Shown here one piece after another: positions 15,038 to 21,710 of a stretch of DNA of 21,710 nucleotides. The number at the start of each line of letters is the position of its first letter. Position 1 is the first letter of the stretch. Made by a program: the position numbers and the translations under genes. Below the pieces are notes generated by a model. It was not told where the DNA came from and did no database searches. It worked only from the letters and a program-made list of their open reading frames with translations. Source of the DNA: Candidatus Iainarchaeum sp. (GTDB lineage Archaea > Iainarchaeota > Iainarchaeia > Iainarchaeales > GCA-2688035). The stretch lies in NCBI GenBank assembly GCA_028713935.1, contig JAQTNI010000020.1, positions 1-21,710 on the forward strand, in the 5' to 3' direction.

Positions 15038-15481
15038 TCATAATTTTTTTCTAAGTTTTTTTGGCATCAATCGCACTGGCCTTGGGCGCGCCTTTGGAAA
15101 ATTTCCCGTAATCCTGAACACTCCAGCCATTGAATCTTCAATGCCATAGCCTCTTTTTTGCATAAACATTGCAAGCGCATGGTTTGCAGGCCCGCCTTCA
15201 AATTTTGTGATTCCTTTTCTTGCCAGGCATCTTTCCACCTGCACCAACAGATTGTCAGTTATCCTGGCTGCAGTTATTTTTGGAATAAATTCGCTGACAG
15301 AATATTTATCCGCTGTGCAGGCATCGCCTATGATTTTGCATTTAAAATTTGCTATGCGAATCCCTTTTTGGCCAAAAACCTTAAATGAAACTGTTAGTGC
15401 CTCTTGTTCCGCGCTTTCAGAAATTTCCAATTTATACGCCCCAAAAGGAATTATGCGCGGGTTTTTTTCATCCACTGCCAA
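15038..15481 (-). CDS. Small conserved protein of unknown function (distant GNAT-like C-terminal pattern); last gene of the isoprenoid operon; paralogue of 3254-3679
   Basis: 147 aa from a TTG start, 4 nt after the IDI-2 stop, with AGGTAGGG upstream. It aligns by eye with the 141-aa protein. The basic tail is KARPRPVRLMPKKLRKKL. Confidence 0.7.
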   Translation of the reverse strand: MAVDEKNPRIIPFGAYKLEISESAEQEALTVSFKVFGQKGIRIANFKCKIIGDACTADKYSVSEFIPKITAARITDNLLVQVERCLARKGITKFEGGPANHALAMFMQKRGYGIEDSMAGVFRITGNFPKARPRPVRLMPKKLRKKL

Positions 15482-15485
15482 AACC

Positions 15486-16517
15486 CTACCTGCTTTTCGT
15501 TATTTTAACTTTTTTCAGTTCTTTCAGGCTTTTTGCCCCGCTCAAAAACATTGCAATTCTCAATTCTTCAATTATTTTTTCCAAATATTTTTTCACGCCT
15601 TCTTTTCCCGCTTCCTGCTGTGCCTTTAGCACAGGCAGCGCTATTCCGGCCATATCCGCGCCCAGTGCAATTGCCTTTGCAATGTCAAGCCCAGTCCTTA
15701 TCCCGCCTGAAGCAATTATTTTTTTCTTGAAGGCTTTTCTGCATTGCACAATGCTTTCAGCTGTTGCTATTCCATAATCCCAGAATGTTTCCCCCAGCTC
15801 CTTGTTGCCTCTGAGGGAGTCTATTCCTGTCCAGCTTGTTCCGCCTGCGCCTGCAACATCAATTGCTTTTATTTTTGTTTTTGCAAGCTTTTTTGCAACA
15901 GAAAACCCAATTCCATGGCCGACTTCTTTCACATAAACAGGCTTGCTTAATTTTGCGCTTATTTTTTCAATTGCATTCAAAACTCCTTTGAAATTTGTGT
16001 CTCCTTCTTTTTGCAGTGCTTCCTGTGCTGCATTCAGGTGAATTGCGAGCGCATCTGCCTTTATCTCTTCAATTGCTTTTTCTATTTTTTCAATCGGGTA
16101 CTGTAATAATTGGGCTGCGCCAATGTTTCCCGCAAGAAAAATTTTTGGCGCAATGTCCCTTACAAAATAAGTTTCTTTCAAAGCGGGATTTTCAATCATT
16201 GCCCTCATGCTTCCCAATCCCATTCCAATTCCAAGCTCTTCACACGCGCCTGCAATGTCCCTGTTTATTTGCCTTGCTTCTTCTGTTCCCCCTGTGATTG
16301 CCTCAACAATTATTGGTGCAGAGAATTTTTTTCCAAGGAATTCCGCCTGCAAGGAAATTTCTTTTTTGTTTATTTCGGGCAGGGTTTTGTACTCCAAATC
16401 AATTCCCTTGAAGCCGATTTTCTCTAAGCCAGTTGTTTTTTCCCTGAACTGGACATTCTCGCTGCACGCAATTTTCAAGTGCTCTGTTTTCCTATTCTGG
16501 GTTTGCATTTTCATCAC
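15486..16517 (-). CDS. fni: Type 2 (FMN-dependent) isopentenyl-diphosphate delta-isomerase
   Basis: 343 aa. N-terminal RKTEHL, then EAITGGTEEARQINRDIA, GLGSMRA, AGNIGAAQL, ALAIHLNAAQEALQKEGDTNF, VKEVGHGI, IDVAGAGGTSW and ASGGIRTGLDIAKAIALGA all match the IDI-2 family in order. The start could be GTG 16517, ATG 16514 or ATG 16508. Confidence 0.93.
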   Translation of the reverse strand: MMKMQTQNRKTEHLKIACSENVQFREKTTGLEKIGFKGIDLEYKTLPEINKKEISLQAEFLGKKFSAPIIVEAITGGTEEARQINRDIAGACEELGIGMGLGSMRAMIENPALKETYFVRDIAPKIFLAGNIGAAQLLQYPIEKIEKAIEEIKADALAIHLNAAQEALQKEGDTNFKGVLNAIEKISAKLSKPVYVKEVGHGIGFSVAKKLAKTKIKAIDVAGAGGTSWTGIDSLRGNKELGETFWDYGIATAESIVQCRKAFKKKIIASGGIRTGLDIAKAIALGADMAGIALPVLKAQQEAGKEGVKKYLEKIIEELRIAMFLSGAKSLKELKKVKITKSR

Positions 16518-16539
16518 TTGTTTTTACTATTAATTGCTT

Positions 16540-17235
16540 TTACCTTCTTTTAATTCTTCTTTGTTTTCTTAAAGTCGCTCGCAATTCTGCATCAGGGTTT
16601 ACTGCCTTGAACCTGATTGTTGTTCTTTTTATTGTCCTGCGGGTTCTTCTGATTGGCAGGTTTCTTGTCATTGCCAAATCTGCAACAGTATCCCCAAAAT
16701 ACTTTGTTTTTTTTGGGTCTAATCCAAACCTGCCAATTATTGTTCCAACTGCATTTTGCTTGAAATTTTTTAAATCCCGCGAAGAGCATTCCCCAGTATA
16801 TTTTCCGTTTCTTGCCCTGAACCAAAGTCCATACACATAATCAAGGCCAAGCAGTTCAATTAATGGGCTGACACATTCTATTGGCGATAGGCTTACTGCT
16901 GCAACAATTCCTCGTTTTTTTTCGTGTGCAACTAGTGCTTTTGCGTTTGAAAAAAAATTGCCACTATTTTTTCTAACCAATTCCCTTGCAAATTTTGTAA
17001 CCTGTGCATTGCTTTGCCCTTTTATTCCTTGGGCATATGCTTCAACAACTTCTTTTGCTGCCTCTGCATATGGTGTTTTTCCGGCTTTGTATCTTGCCAG
17101 TGCGGAATCTATTTTTCTCAATTCTTCTTCTGAGAAAATCCCCTTGCTTGAAAGTAAATGGGCAAGTTCTACAATAAAATAGCCTTTGTACAATGTTCCG
17201 TCCACATCAAAAATCGCACCAGATTTTCCCGCCAT
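16540..17235 (-). CDS. HAD-superfamily hydrolase, subfamily IB-like (phosphoserine-phosphatase-like fold)
   Basis: 231 aa. Motif I is IFDVDGTLYKGYF, followed by a helical cap region, motif IV-like FGDTVADL, and a late AVNPDAEL as in HAD-IB. The C-terminal 42 aa are unusually Arg/Lys-rich. It starts 1 nt after the IPK stop. Confidence 0.8.
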   Translation of the reverse strand: MAGKSGAIFDVDGTLYKGYFIVELAHLLSSKGIFSEEELRKIDSALARYKAGKTPYAEAAKEVVEAYAQGIKGQSNAQVTKFARELVRKNSGNFFSNAKALVAHEKKRGIVAAVSLSPIECVSPLIELLGLDYVYGLWFRARNGKYTGECSSRDLKNFKQNAVGTIIGRFGLDPKKTKYFGDTVADLAMTRNLPIRRTRRTIKRTTIRFKAVNPDAELRATLRKQRRIKRR

Positions 17236-17236
17236 T

Positions 17237-18043
17237 TTACAACCTTATTTTTGTTCCTTCCACTTCTTTTCCAACCAATGCATTGAAAACATTTTCAGGC
17301 TTTGTTGCATCAAAAACAATTGTTTCTATTCCTGAAGACATTTGCCTTATTTTCAATAGTTTTCCCTTCATTCCCTGTGTAACATCAATTGCTGTTGATT
17401 CTCCCGCCTGTTCAATTATTTCATCAAAATTCTTCTTATTAATCAATTCTATTCTCTTCGCATTCTTTTCCTTTTTTGGGTCTGCAGTGAAAACTCCCGC
17501 AACATCTGTTCCCAAAAAGATTTTTTTTGCTTTCAATTTTTTTGCTATGTTTGCAATTGTTGCATCCCCTGAAACAACGCTTCCTTTCAGCTTTATGTCG
17601 GGGCACATTGTGCCGTTAAGCACTGGTATGATTTCTTGGTTCTGCCTGAATAATTCTTCAATAACTGAAATGCCCTGTGAAGAGATTTTTTTGTTTTTCT
17701 GGATAGTAATTGCAGATGCTGCAAGCGGATATGCAAGCAATCCTTCTTCCCAGAAAATCCTGCTTACTTCCTGGTTCAAAAAATTGCAGTCTATTGCTAC
17801 TTTGCAAAACCCTTCAAAGTCTTTTGCGCTTTTCAGGCCATTGTTTATATTGTAATTTGCAACATTTGTGTGCCCGAAAGGGCCTGCGCCATTGACCATT
17901 ATCAGCCTGAATTTTTTTTCTTTCCTTGCCCTTGCAATTTCCTTTGCAGTGTTTCTTACTGCCCCTTCATTTACCCTGAACTGGTTCTCGGCCTTGTTTG
18001 TGCAAACAGAACCGCCAAGCTTCATTATGTATAAATCAGGCAT
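17237..18043 (-). CDS. ipk: Isopentenyl phosphate kinase (amino-acid-kinase fold)
   Basis: 268 aa. IMKLGGSVCTNK and LIMVNGAGPFGH match the IPK signature (KLGGS ... HGGGSFGH). The C-terminal half is amino-acid-kinase-like, with VSGDA and GTDVAGVFTADP. A GGTG SD lies upstream. Confidence 0.9.
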   Translation of the reverse strand: MPDLYIMKLGGSVCTNKAENQFRVNEGAVRNTAKEIARARKEKKFRLIMVNGAGPFGHTNVANYNINNGLKSAKDFEGFCKVAIDCNFLNQEVSRIFWEEGLLAYPLAASAITIQKNKKISSQGISVIEELFRQNQEIIPVLNGTMCPDIKLKGSVVSGDATIANIAKKLKAKKIFLGTDVAGVFTADPKKEKNAKRIELINKKNFDEIIEQAGESTAIDVTQGMKGKLLKIRQMSSGIETIVFDATKPENVFNALVGKEVEGTKIRL

Positions 18044-18046
18044 TCT

Positions 18047-18679
18047 TTACACCTTTAATTCTAATAATTCTTTCAAACTATTTATTACTTTGTCTGCGCC
18101 GGATTTTTTTAATTCCTGCTTTGTAAATCCTGATGCTGTTATCCCTATTGCAAGCATGTTTGCATTTTTTGCTGTTTGCATGTCAACTGGAAAATCCCCC
18201 ACATAAGCGCATTCTGCAGGCTTAGCTTCAAGTTTTTCTGCAATCATTAGAAGGGTGTTGGGCTCTGGTTTTGGCGCTTTTGTTTCTTCCCCCGCAACAA
18301 TTATTTCAAAAAGACCCAGCAATTTTTCCGGAAAAACAATTTGATTTCTTGGGGAGGCGCTGAAAATTCCTAATCTGGCTTTTTTCTTTAATTCTTCTAA
18401 TATTGTTTCTTCTTTCGGGAATAACAATTTTTTTCCAACAATCAGTTTTTTGTAAATAGCAATTTTTTTTTCTGTTATCTTTTTATAATCCACTTTTGAC
18501 TTGTGCTTTTCAAGGCCCTGCCTTATTACTTCGCTTGTAGGCTTGCCAATCATTTCTTTTATTTCTTCTTTTGAAAAATGCGCTCCTGCTAATTCGAATG
18601 CCTGCTTGTATGCTTCCAAGTGATAGGGCACATCGTTTACAAGCACGCCATTGAAATCGAAAATCAGCGCTTTCAGCAT
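18047..18679 (-). CDS. HAD-superfamily hydrolase, subfamily IA-like (beta-phosphoglucomutase / phosphatase-like), with motif I reading D-F-N
   Basis: 210 aa. Motif I is LIFDFNGVLVND, motif II is IFSAS, motif III is KPKPEP, and motif IV is VGDFPVDMQTA. It starts 2 nt after the upstream stop. Confidence 0.8.
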   Translation of the reverse strand: MLKALIFDFNGVLVNDVPYHLEAYKQAFELAGAHFSKEEIKEMIGKPTSEVIRQGLEKHKSKVDYKKITEKKIAIYKKLIVGKKLLFPKEETILEELKKKARLGIFSASPRNQIVFPEKLLGLFEIIVAGEETKAPKPEPNTLLMIAEKLEAKPAECAYVGDFPVDMQTAKNANMLAIGITASGFTKQELKKSGADKVINSLKELLELKV

Positions 18680-18681
18680 AA

Positions 18682-19887
18682 TTATGTTTCAATTCCTTTT
18701 TGTTTCAAAATTGCTTTCACATTCTCGTTGAGGATTGTTCCTTTCTGGCTTATTGGCAGTACTTTTGGTGCGCCTGCCTTGTCTACAAAGTGCACTGGCC
18801 AGTCTTCTGAATGCCCAAGCCCTTTTACATAGTCTTCAATTATTGTTTTCACTTTGTTTGCTTCTTGTTTTGTTGTTATTATTGCCAGGCTTGGCCCTGT
18901 GTCCATTGAGGCGTAGCATGGAATGCCTTCTTTTCTCATTAAATTTATTTTTCTTAAAATGTCCAATGTTTCAGGTTCCCAGCTGAAAAAGCTTCCTCCG
19001 CTTACAAGGATGTGAAACAAATTCAATGAATCAAGTTCTGCAATTTTTCCAATTGCCGCAACATCATCCGCCTTCACTGCTTCCATCAACTTGATGCATT
19101 TTTCTGGTTTTTTCATTGCCCAATCCTGGTACCATTCGCTTTTTTCCCCGCTTCCATGGGCGTCCTCTGTTTTTATTTTTGACGGGATAGGCACTGTAAT
19201 TACTTTCAGGTTTGTTTCTTCTTTTTTGTCAAATCTCACTCCATAACTTTCAAGCGGCTTTATTCCTTTGTAGCTCAGCCATATGCTCCAGCCTCCTGCT
19301 GCGCTGCTTGTTCCGCTTCCTGAAAAATACCTTGCTAATACGCTTAAAAATCTTGAATTTGTTTTTAATTCCGGCATCAGCGCTTCAGTGAAAGCCATTG
19401 CTGATGCGCCTGCTGCTGCAGCGCTTGTTCCAAGGCCTTTTCCTTTTGCCTGAACCTTTGCAATGTTTTCTGAGACAAAAACAAATTTTGTTTTAATTCC
19501 TGTCCATTCATTCAATCTTTCAAGCATTACATCCATTCCCTTCAAGCCTTTTGTGTCTTCAATCAGTTTTCCATCCACAAGGAAAACATTTTCTTTCAGG
19601 CTTTTGTCAAACTTCAGATAGGTTACTGCTTTTGTCGTGTCATGGCACATTTTTATTTGCGGAAAATAGGCTATTCTTTCTGCCTTGTCAGCATTTCCCA
19701 TGTATTTTTCTATTCCCATTATTGGATAAGCTTCCACCAGAACTTCTGCGTCGCTTTCTTTTACTTTTGGTATTTTTGGCCATTTTTCTTCTTCCCAGCC
19801 AATATTTTTTTTCAGCCATGCTTTGCATTTTTCGTTTCCTTTTTTTATTGCCAGCAATTCTGTTTTTGTCAAATCTGTTGCAGCCAT
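18682..19887 (-). CDS. GHMP-superfamily mevalonate (mono/di/bis)phosphate decarboxylase-family protein; exact activity (PMD, MDD, mevalonate-3-kinase or bisphosphate decarboxylase) not resolvable by eye
   Basis: I moved the start to the ATG at 19887 because a perfect GGAGG lies 7 nt upstream. The track start is a TTG at 19911, and the trimmed product is 401 aa. Family motifs in order are IMGIEKYMG (cf. IKYWGK), GKGLGTSAAAAGASAMA (GHMP motif II), ARYFSGSGTSSAAGG (cf. R-x-GSGSACRS) and YASMDTGPSLAI (cf. T-x-DAGPN, with the Asp retained). Confidence 0.85.
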   Translation of the reverse strand: MAATDLTKTELLAIKKGNEKCKAWLKKNIGWEEEKWPKIPKVKESDAEVLVEAYPIMGIEKYMGNADKAERIAYFPQIKMCHDTTKAVTYLKFDKSLKENVFLVDGKLIEDTKGLKGMDVMLERLNEWTGIKTKFVFVSENIAKVQAKGKGLGTSAAAAGASAMAFTEALMPELKTNSRFLSVLARYFSGSGTSSAAGGWSIWLSYKGIKPLESYGVRFDKKEETNLKVITVPIPSKIKTEDAHGSGEKSEWYQDWAMKKPEKCIKLMEAVKADDVAAIGKIAELDSLNLFHILVSGGSFFSWEPETLDILRKINLMRKEGIPCYASMDTGPSLAIITTKQEANKVKTIIEDYVKGLGHSEDWPVHFVDKAGAPKVLPISQKGTILNENVKAILKQKGIET

Positions 19888-19894
19888 TTTATCT

Positions 19895-19899
19895 CCTCC
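19895..19899 (-). promoter_or_regulatory. Shine-Dalgarno GGAGG for the decarboxylase-family gene
   Basis: CCTCC on the + strand at 19895-19899, i.e. GGAGG 7 nt upstream of the ATG at 19887 on the minus strand. Confidence 0.6.
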
Positions 19900-19918
19900 T
19901 GCTTTCTTCAAAATTTGT

Positions 19919-20776
19919 TTAAAACAATTTTTCAGGATTGTTCAAGAATGTTAGAGCTTGTTCTCTGAATTCAGAGTCTTCCCTTGCTATTGGCTTATAG
20001 CCTTCAATTGCTTCTTTTAATCCTGTTCCTTTTTTTCCAGCTTTGTACATTTCCCATGCAAGATTTACTGCCCAAGGTTCGCTTTTTTCCAAACCTTGCC
20101 TAAACATATTATGCATTTCAAATTGGCGCTGCATATATTTTTGCATAAAACCAGGGTATCTGTCTGGTTTCCAATGTTCTTTTGTCATTGCATTGGTTCT
20201 CTCAATAATTATTTTTATTGCCAACTCTCTTTCTACTTGTCCGGGTTCTGTTTGTGGTCTGCGTCCCTGTTCTTCTGCTACCCTTTTGATATTCTCCTTT
20301 TTTTGTGCTTGGAACAAGCTTCTTCTAAAAGCCCCAATTGCGCCAAATTTTGGGACATCGTCAGCCAATGCAACGCTTGCCCAGACAAGATTTTTCTTAA
20401 ATTCTCCAGGAATTTTGTCATGTAGCCTTGCTGCTTTTACAATTCTTGCAACTGGCCTTTTTCCAAATCTTTTTTCAATTATTTTTTGAGTAAAATCTGC
20501 GCTTTCTTCTGCATGCGGGGCATTTGAAACATGCCGTATCCTGTCATGCACAAACCCGCCTATAAATGCTTGGCTCTGAATTGGTTTTGTTGCGCCAAGC
20601 AGTTGCGCAATTCTTTCCGCAAGCAAGGCAGTTACTCTATTGAATTGATAATCATGGGCTGGAATTCTGCCGCCAACATGTTCAACAAATCGCATATACC
20701 TGTCAATTATTATTTTTCTTTTTGGCCATCCAGACCTGGCGCTTAGACGCCCTTGCCTTGTTACTTCTTTAGTCAA
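19919..20776 (-). CDS. Probable HD-domain metal-dependent phosphohydrolase (function uncertain)
   Basis: 285 aa from a TTG start (no in-frame ATG until residue 28). The spacing H-x(37)-HD-x(10)-H-x(34)-HD-x(21)-DD (PAHDYQ ... GGFVHDRIRH ... HAEESADF ... ARLHDK ... LADDV) resembles the HD-domain pattern. The rest is helical and basic. The CDS call is firmer than the family call. Confidence 0.55.
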   Translation of the reverse strand: MTKEVTRQGRLSARSGWPKRKIIIDRYMRFVEHVGGRIPAHDYQFNRVTALLAERIAQLLGATKPIQSQAFIGGFVHDRIRHVSNAPHAEESADFTQKIIEKRFGKRPVARIVKAARLHDKIPGEFKKNLVWASVALADDVPKFGAIGAFRRSLFQAQKKENIKRVAEEQGRRPQTEPGQVERELAIKIIIERTNAMTKEHWKPDRYPGFMQKYMQRQFEMHNMFRQGLEKSEPWAVNLAWEMYKAGKKGTGLKEAIEGYKPIAREDSEFREQALTFLNNPEKLF

Positions 20777-20802
20777 AAAAACACTTTTCAGAAATTTGTC
20801 AA

Positions 20803-21708
20803 TTATTTATTCATTTCTTCTTTTTTTCCTTTTGCCTTGTGCCTTTCTTCTTCAAATTTTTTTTGCATTTCCGTTTTTCCAATTTCTTTTCCAGCAAGCT
20901 CATTCAATTTTTTTACTTTCTCAATTACTATTCCAATGCACTCGTCAACTGCCTTGTCCCAGTTGTCTGTTGCAACAACAGGAATTCCAAATTCTTTTGC
21001 TTCTCTTTCCAGGTTTTTCTGGAAAAAAGCATAAGTGTCGAGCGCTTCCAACAATCTTTGCGCTCCGCCTTTTAAATGTGTTTTTTTGATTCTGTTTTTT
21101 ACTCTTTGTTCCCATTTTTCCCTGCTTTTCAGTGTTAAAACAATCGGAATAAAGCTCGGGTGTTTCAAGGTGTCTTCATGGTACTGGGAAGGCAAAAAGT
21201 GCAGGTATTCATAAATCATGCTTTCCCCGTCCCTGATGCCCCTGTCTGCAACTAATCTTTCCATTGCCTGGTTTGCAAGCTTTGCCTGTGCATTGAATCC
21301 CTTTATCATGTTTTCTTCTGTTTTTTCGCCGAATATTTTCCATGTTTCATACATTGAAACAAAAAAAGCAGGTTCTTTTTCCTTGTCAATGAATTCCCTT
21401 AATGCTGCCCTGAAAGCATCCCCGCCCATTACGTCGCCTAAACCAAAAGCAGTTGCTATTTCCCTTGACATTGTTGTTTTGCCAATGCAGGGAAAAGCAG
21501 AAATTAATGGCAGCACAGGCTCTTTTAATTTTTCTTTTCCAATTAATTCCTTGTATTTTTTCCAAGTCAAATACCTGTCAAGGAATTTTTTGCCTTTTTT
21601 TTCCAGTTCTTTTTCAACTGGTTTTTTTGAATTCAGTATTTGGCCTATTTCTTTCAGGCTTAGCCCTGTGCATAGCAACAGATCGTCTTTTTCATTGTAA
21701 ATAGTCAT
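20803..21708 (-). CDS. 2-phosphoglycerate-kinase-family (COG2074-like) P-loop kinase
   Basis: 301 aa. The P-loop is AFPCIGKTTMSREIATAFGL, followed by GGDAFRAALREFI, FFVSMYETWKIFG, GFNAQAKLANQAMERLV and GESMIYEYLHFLP. This matches by eye the 2PGK family order G-x-x-G-x-GKST ... TD-x-(I/L)R ... SSY-x-A(W/Y) ... EGVHL-x-P. The start ATG at 21708 lies 2 nt from the window edge, so its upstream region is unseen. Confidence 0.75.
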   Translation of the reverse strand: MTIYNEKDDLLLCTGLSLKEIGQILNSKKPVEKELEKKGKKFLDRYLTWKKYKELIGKEKLKEPVLPLISAFPCIGKTTMSREIATAFGLGDVMGGDAFRAALREFIDKEKEPAFFVSMYETWKIFGEKTEENMIKGFNAQAKLANQAMERLVADRGIRDGESMIYEYLHFLPSQYHEDTLKHPSFIPIVLTLKSREKWEQRVKNRIKKTHLKGGAQRLLEALDTYAFFQKNLEREAKEFGIPVVATDNWDKAVDECIGIVIEKVKKLNELAGKEIGKTEMQKKFEEERHKAKGKKEEMNK

Positions 21709-21710
21709 TT

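Noticed and set aside
13859-21700. Long antisense ORFs inside well-supported genes: 13859-14317 (152 aa), 17193-17855 (220 aa), 20043-20489 (148 aa) and 21218-21700 (160 aa).
   Set aside because: All are F/L/S/C-rich shadows of A-rich coding strands, have no family motifs, and fully overlap CDSs with strong motif support on the other strand.
1-21710. I looked for CRISPR arrays, rRNA/tRNA genes, transposases, integrases, and toxin-antitoxin or known defence genes.
   Set aside because: I saw no regularly spaced direct repeats, no tRNA-like cloverleaf signatures, and no ORF with recombinase, transposase or nuclease hallmark motifs. The window looks like core-plus-envelope genes rather than a mobile island.

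Overview
This is an AT-rich, tightly packed window that looks archaeal. The evidence is an HTH_10/Bat-type regulator, type-2 IPP isomerase, isopentenyl phosphate kinase and a 2-phosphoglycerate-kinase-family P-loop kinase. TATA-like boxes sit about 25-30 nt upstream of first genes, Shine-Dalgarno motifs occur inside operons, and several genes start with TTG or GTG. A small-genome uncultivated archaeon (DPANN-like) is my guess only. I found no rRNA, tRNA, CRISPR array, transposase or integrase.

The window has three blocks.

(i) 1-3253: the regulator is flanked by two copies of a 14-nt palindromic motif. It is followed by a B12-binding radical SAM gene and then about 900 nt with no convincing ORF but with G-runs and short repeats.

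(ii) 3254-14991: a cell-envelope block. It holds an ABC-2 exporter operon, a structured GC-rich intergenic element, a small secreted protein, two paralogous membrane-anchored proteins of unknown family, a 619-aa CARDB-like anchored surface protein, a small coiled-coil membrane protein, and a 1492-aa secreted beta-helix (PMP-repeat) adhesin-like giant.

(iii) 15038-21708: an eight-gene minus-strand operon with gaps of 1-31 nt. Its order is 2PGK-like kinase, HD-like hydrolase, mevalonate-decarboxylase-family GHMP protein, HAD, IPK, HAD, IDI-2, and a small unknown protein.

The most interesting points are:
- A duplicated, mirror-oriented cassette. A secreted module (free-standing in one copy, fused to the C-terminus of the giant in the other) is followed each time by a paralogous membrane-anchored partner.
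- The isoprenoid operon, whose gene content suggests a Thermoplasma-type or undescribed lower mevalonate route.
- Paralogous small proteins that close both the ABC operon and the isoprenoid operon and so bracket the surface locus.

All homology statements come from reading motifs by eye and need profile or structure searches.
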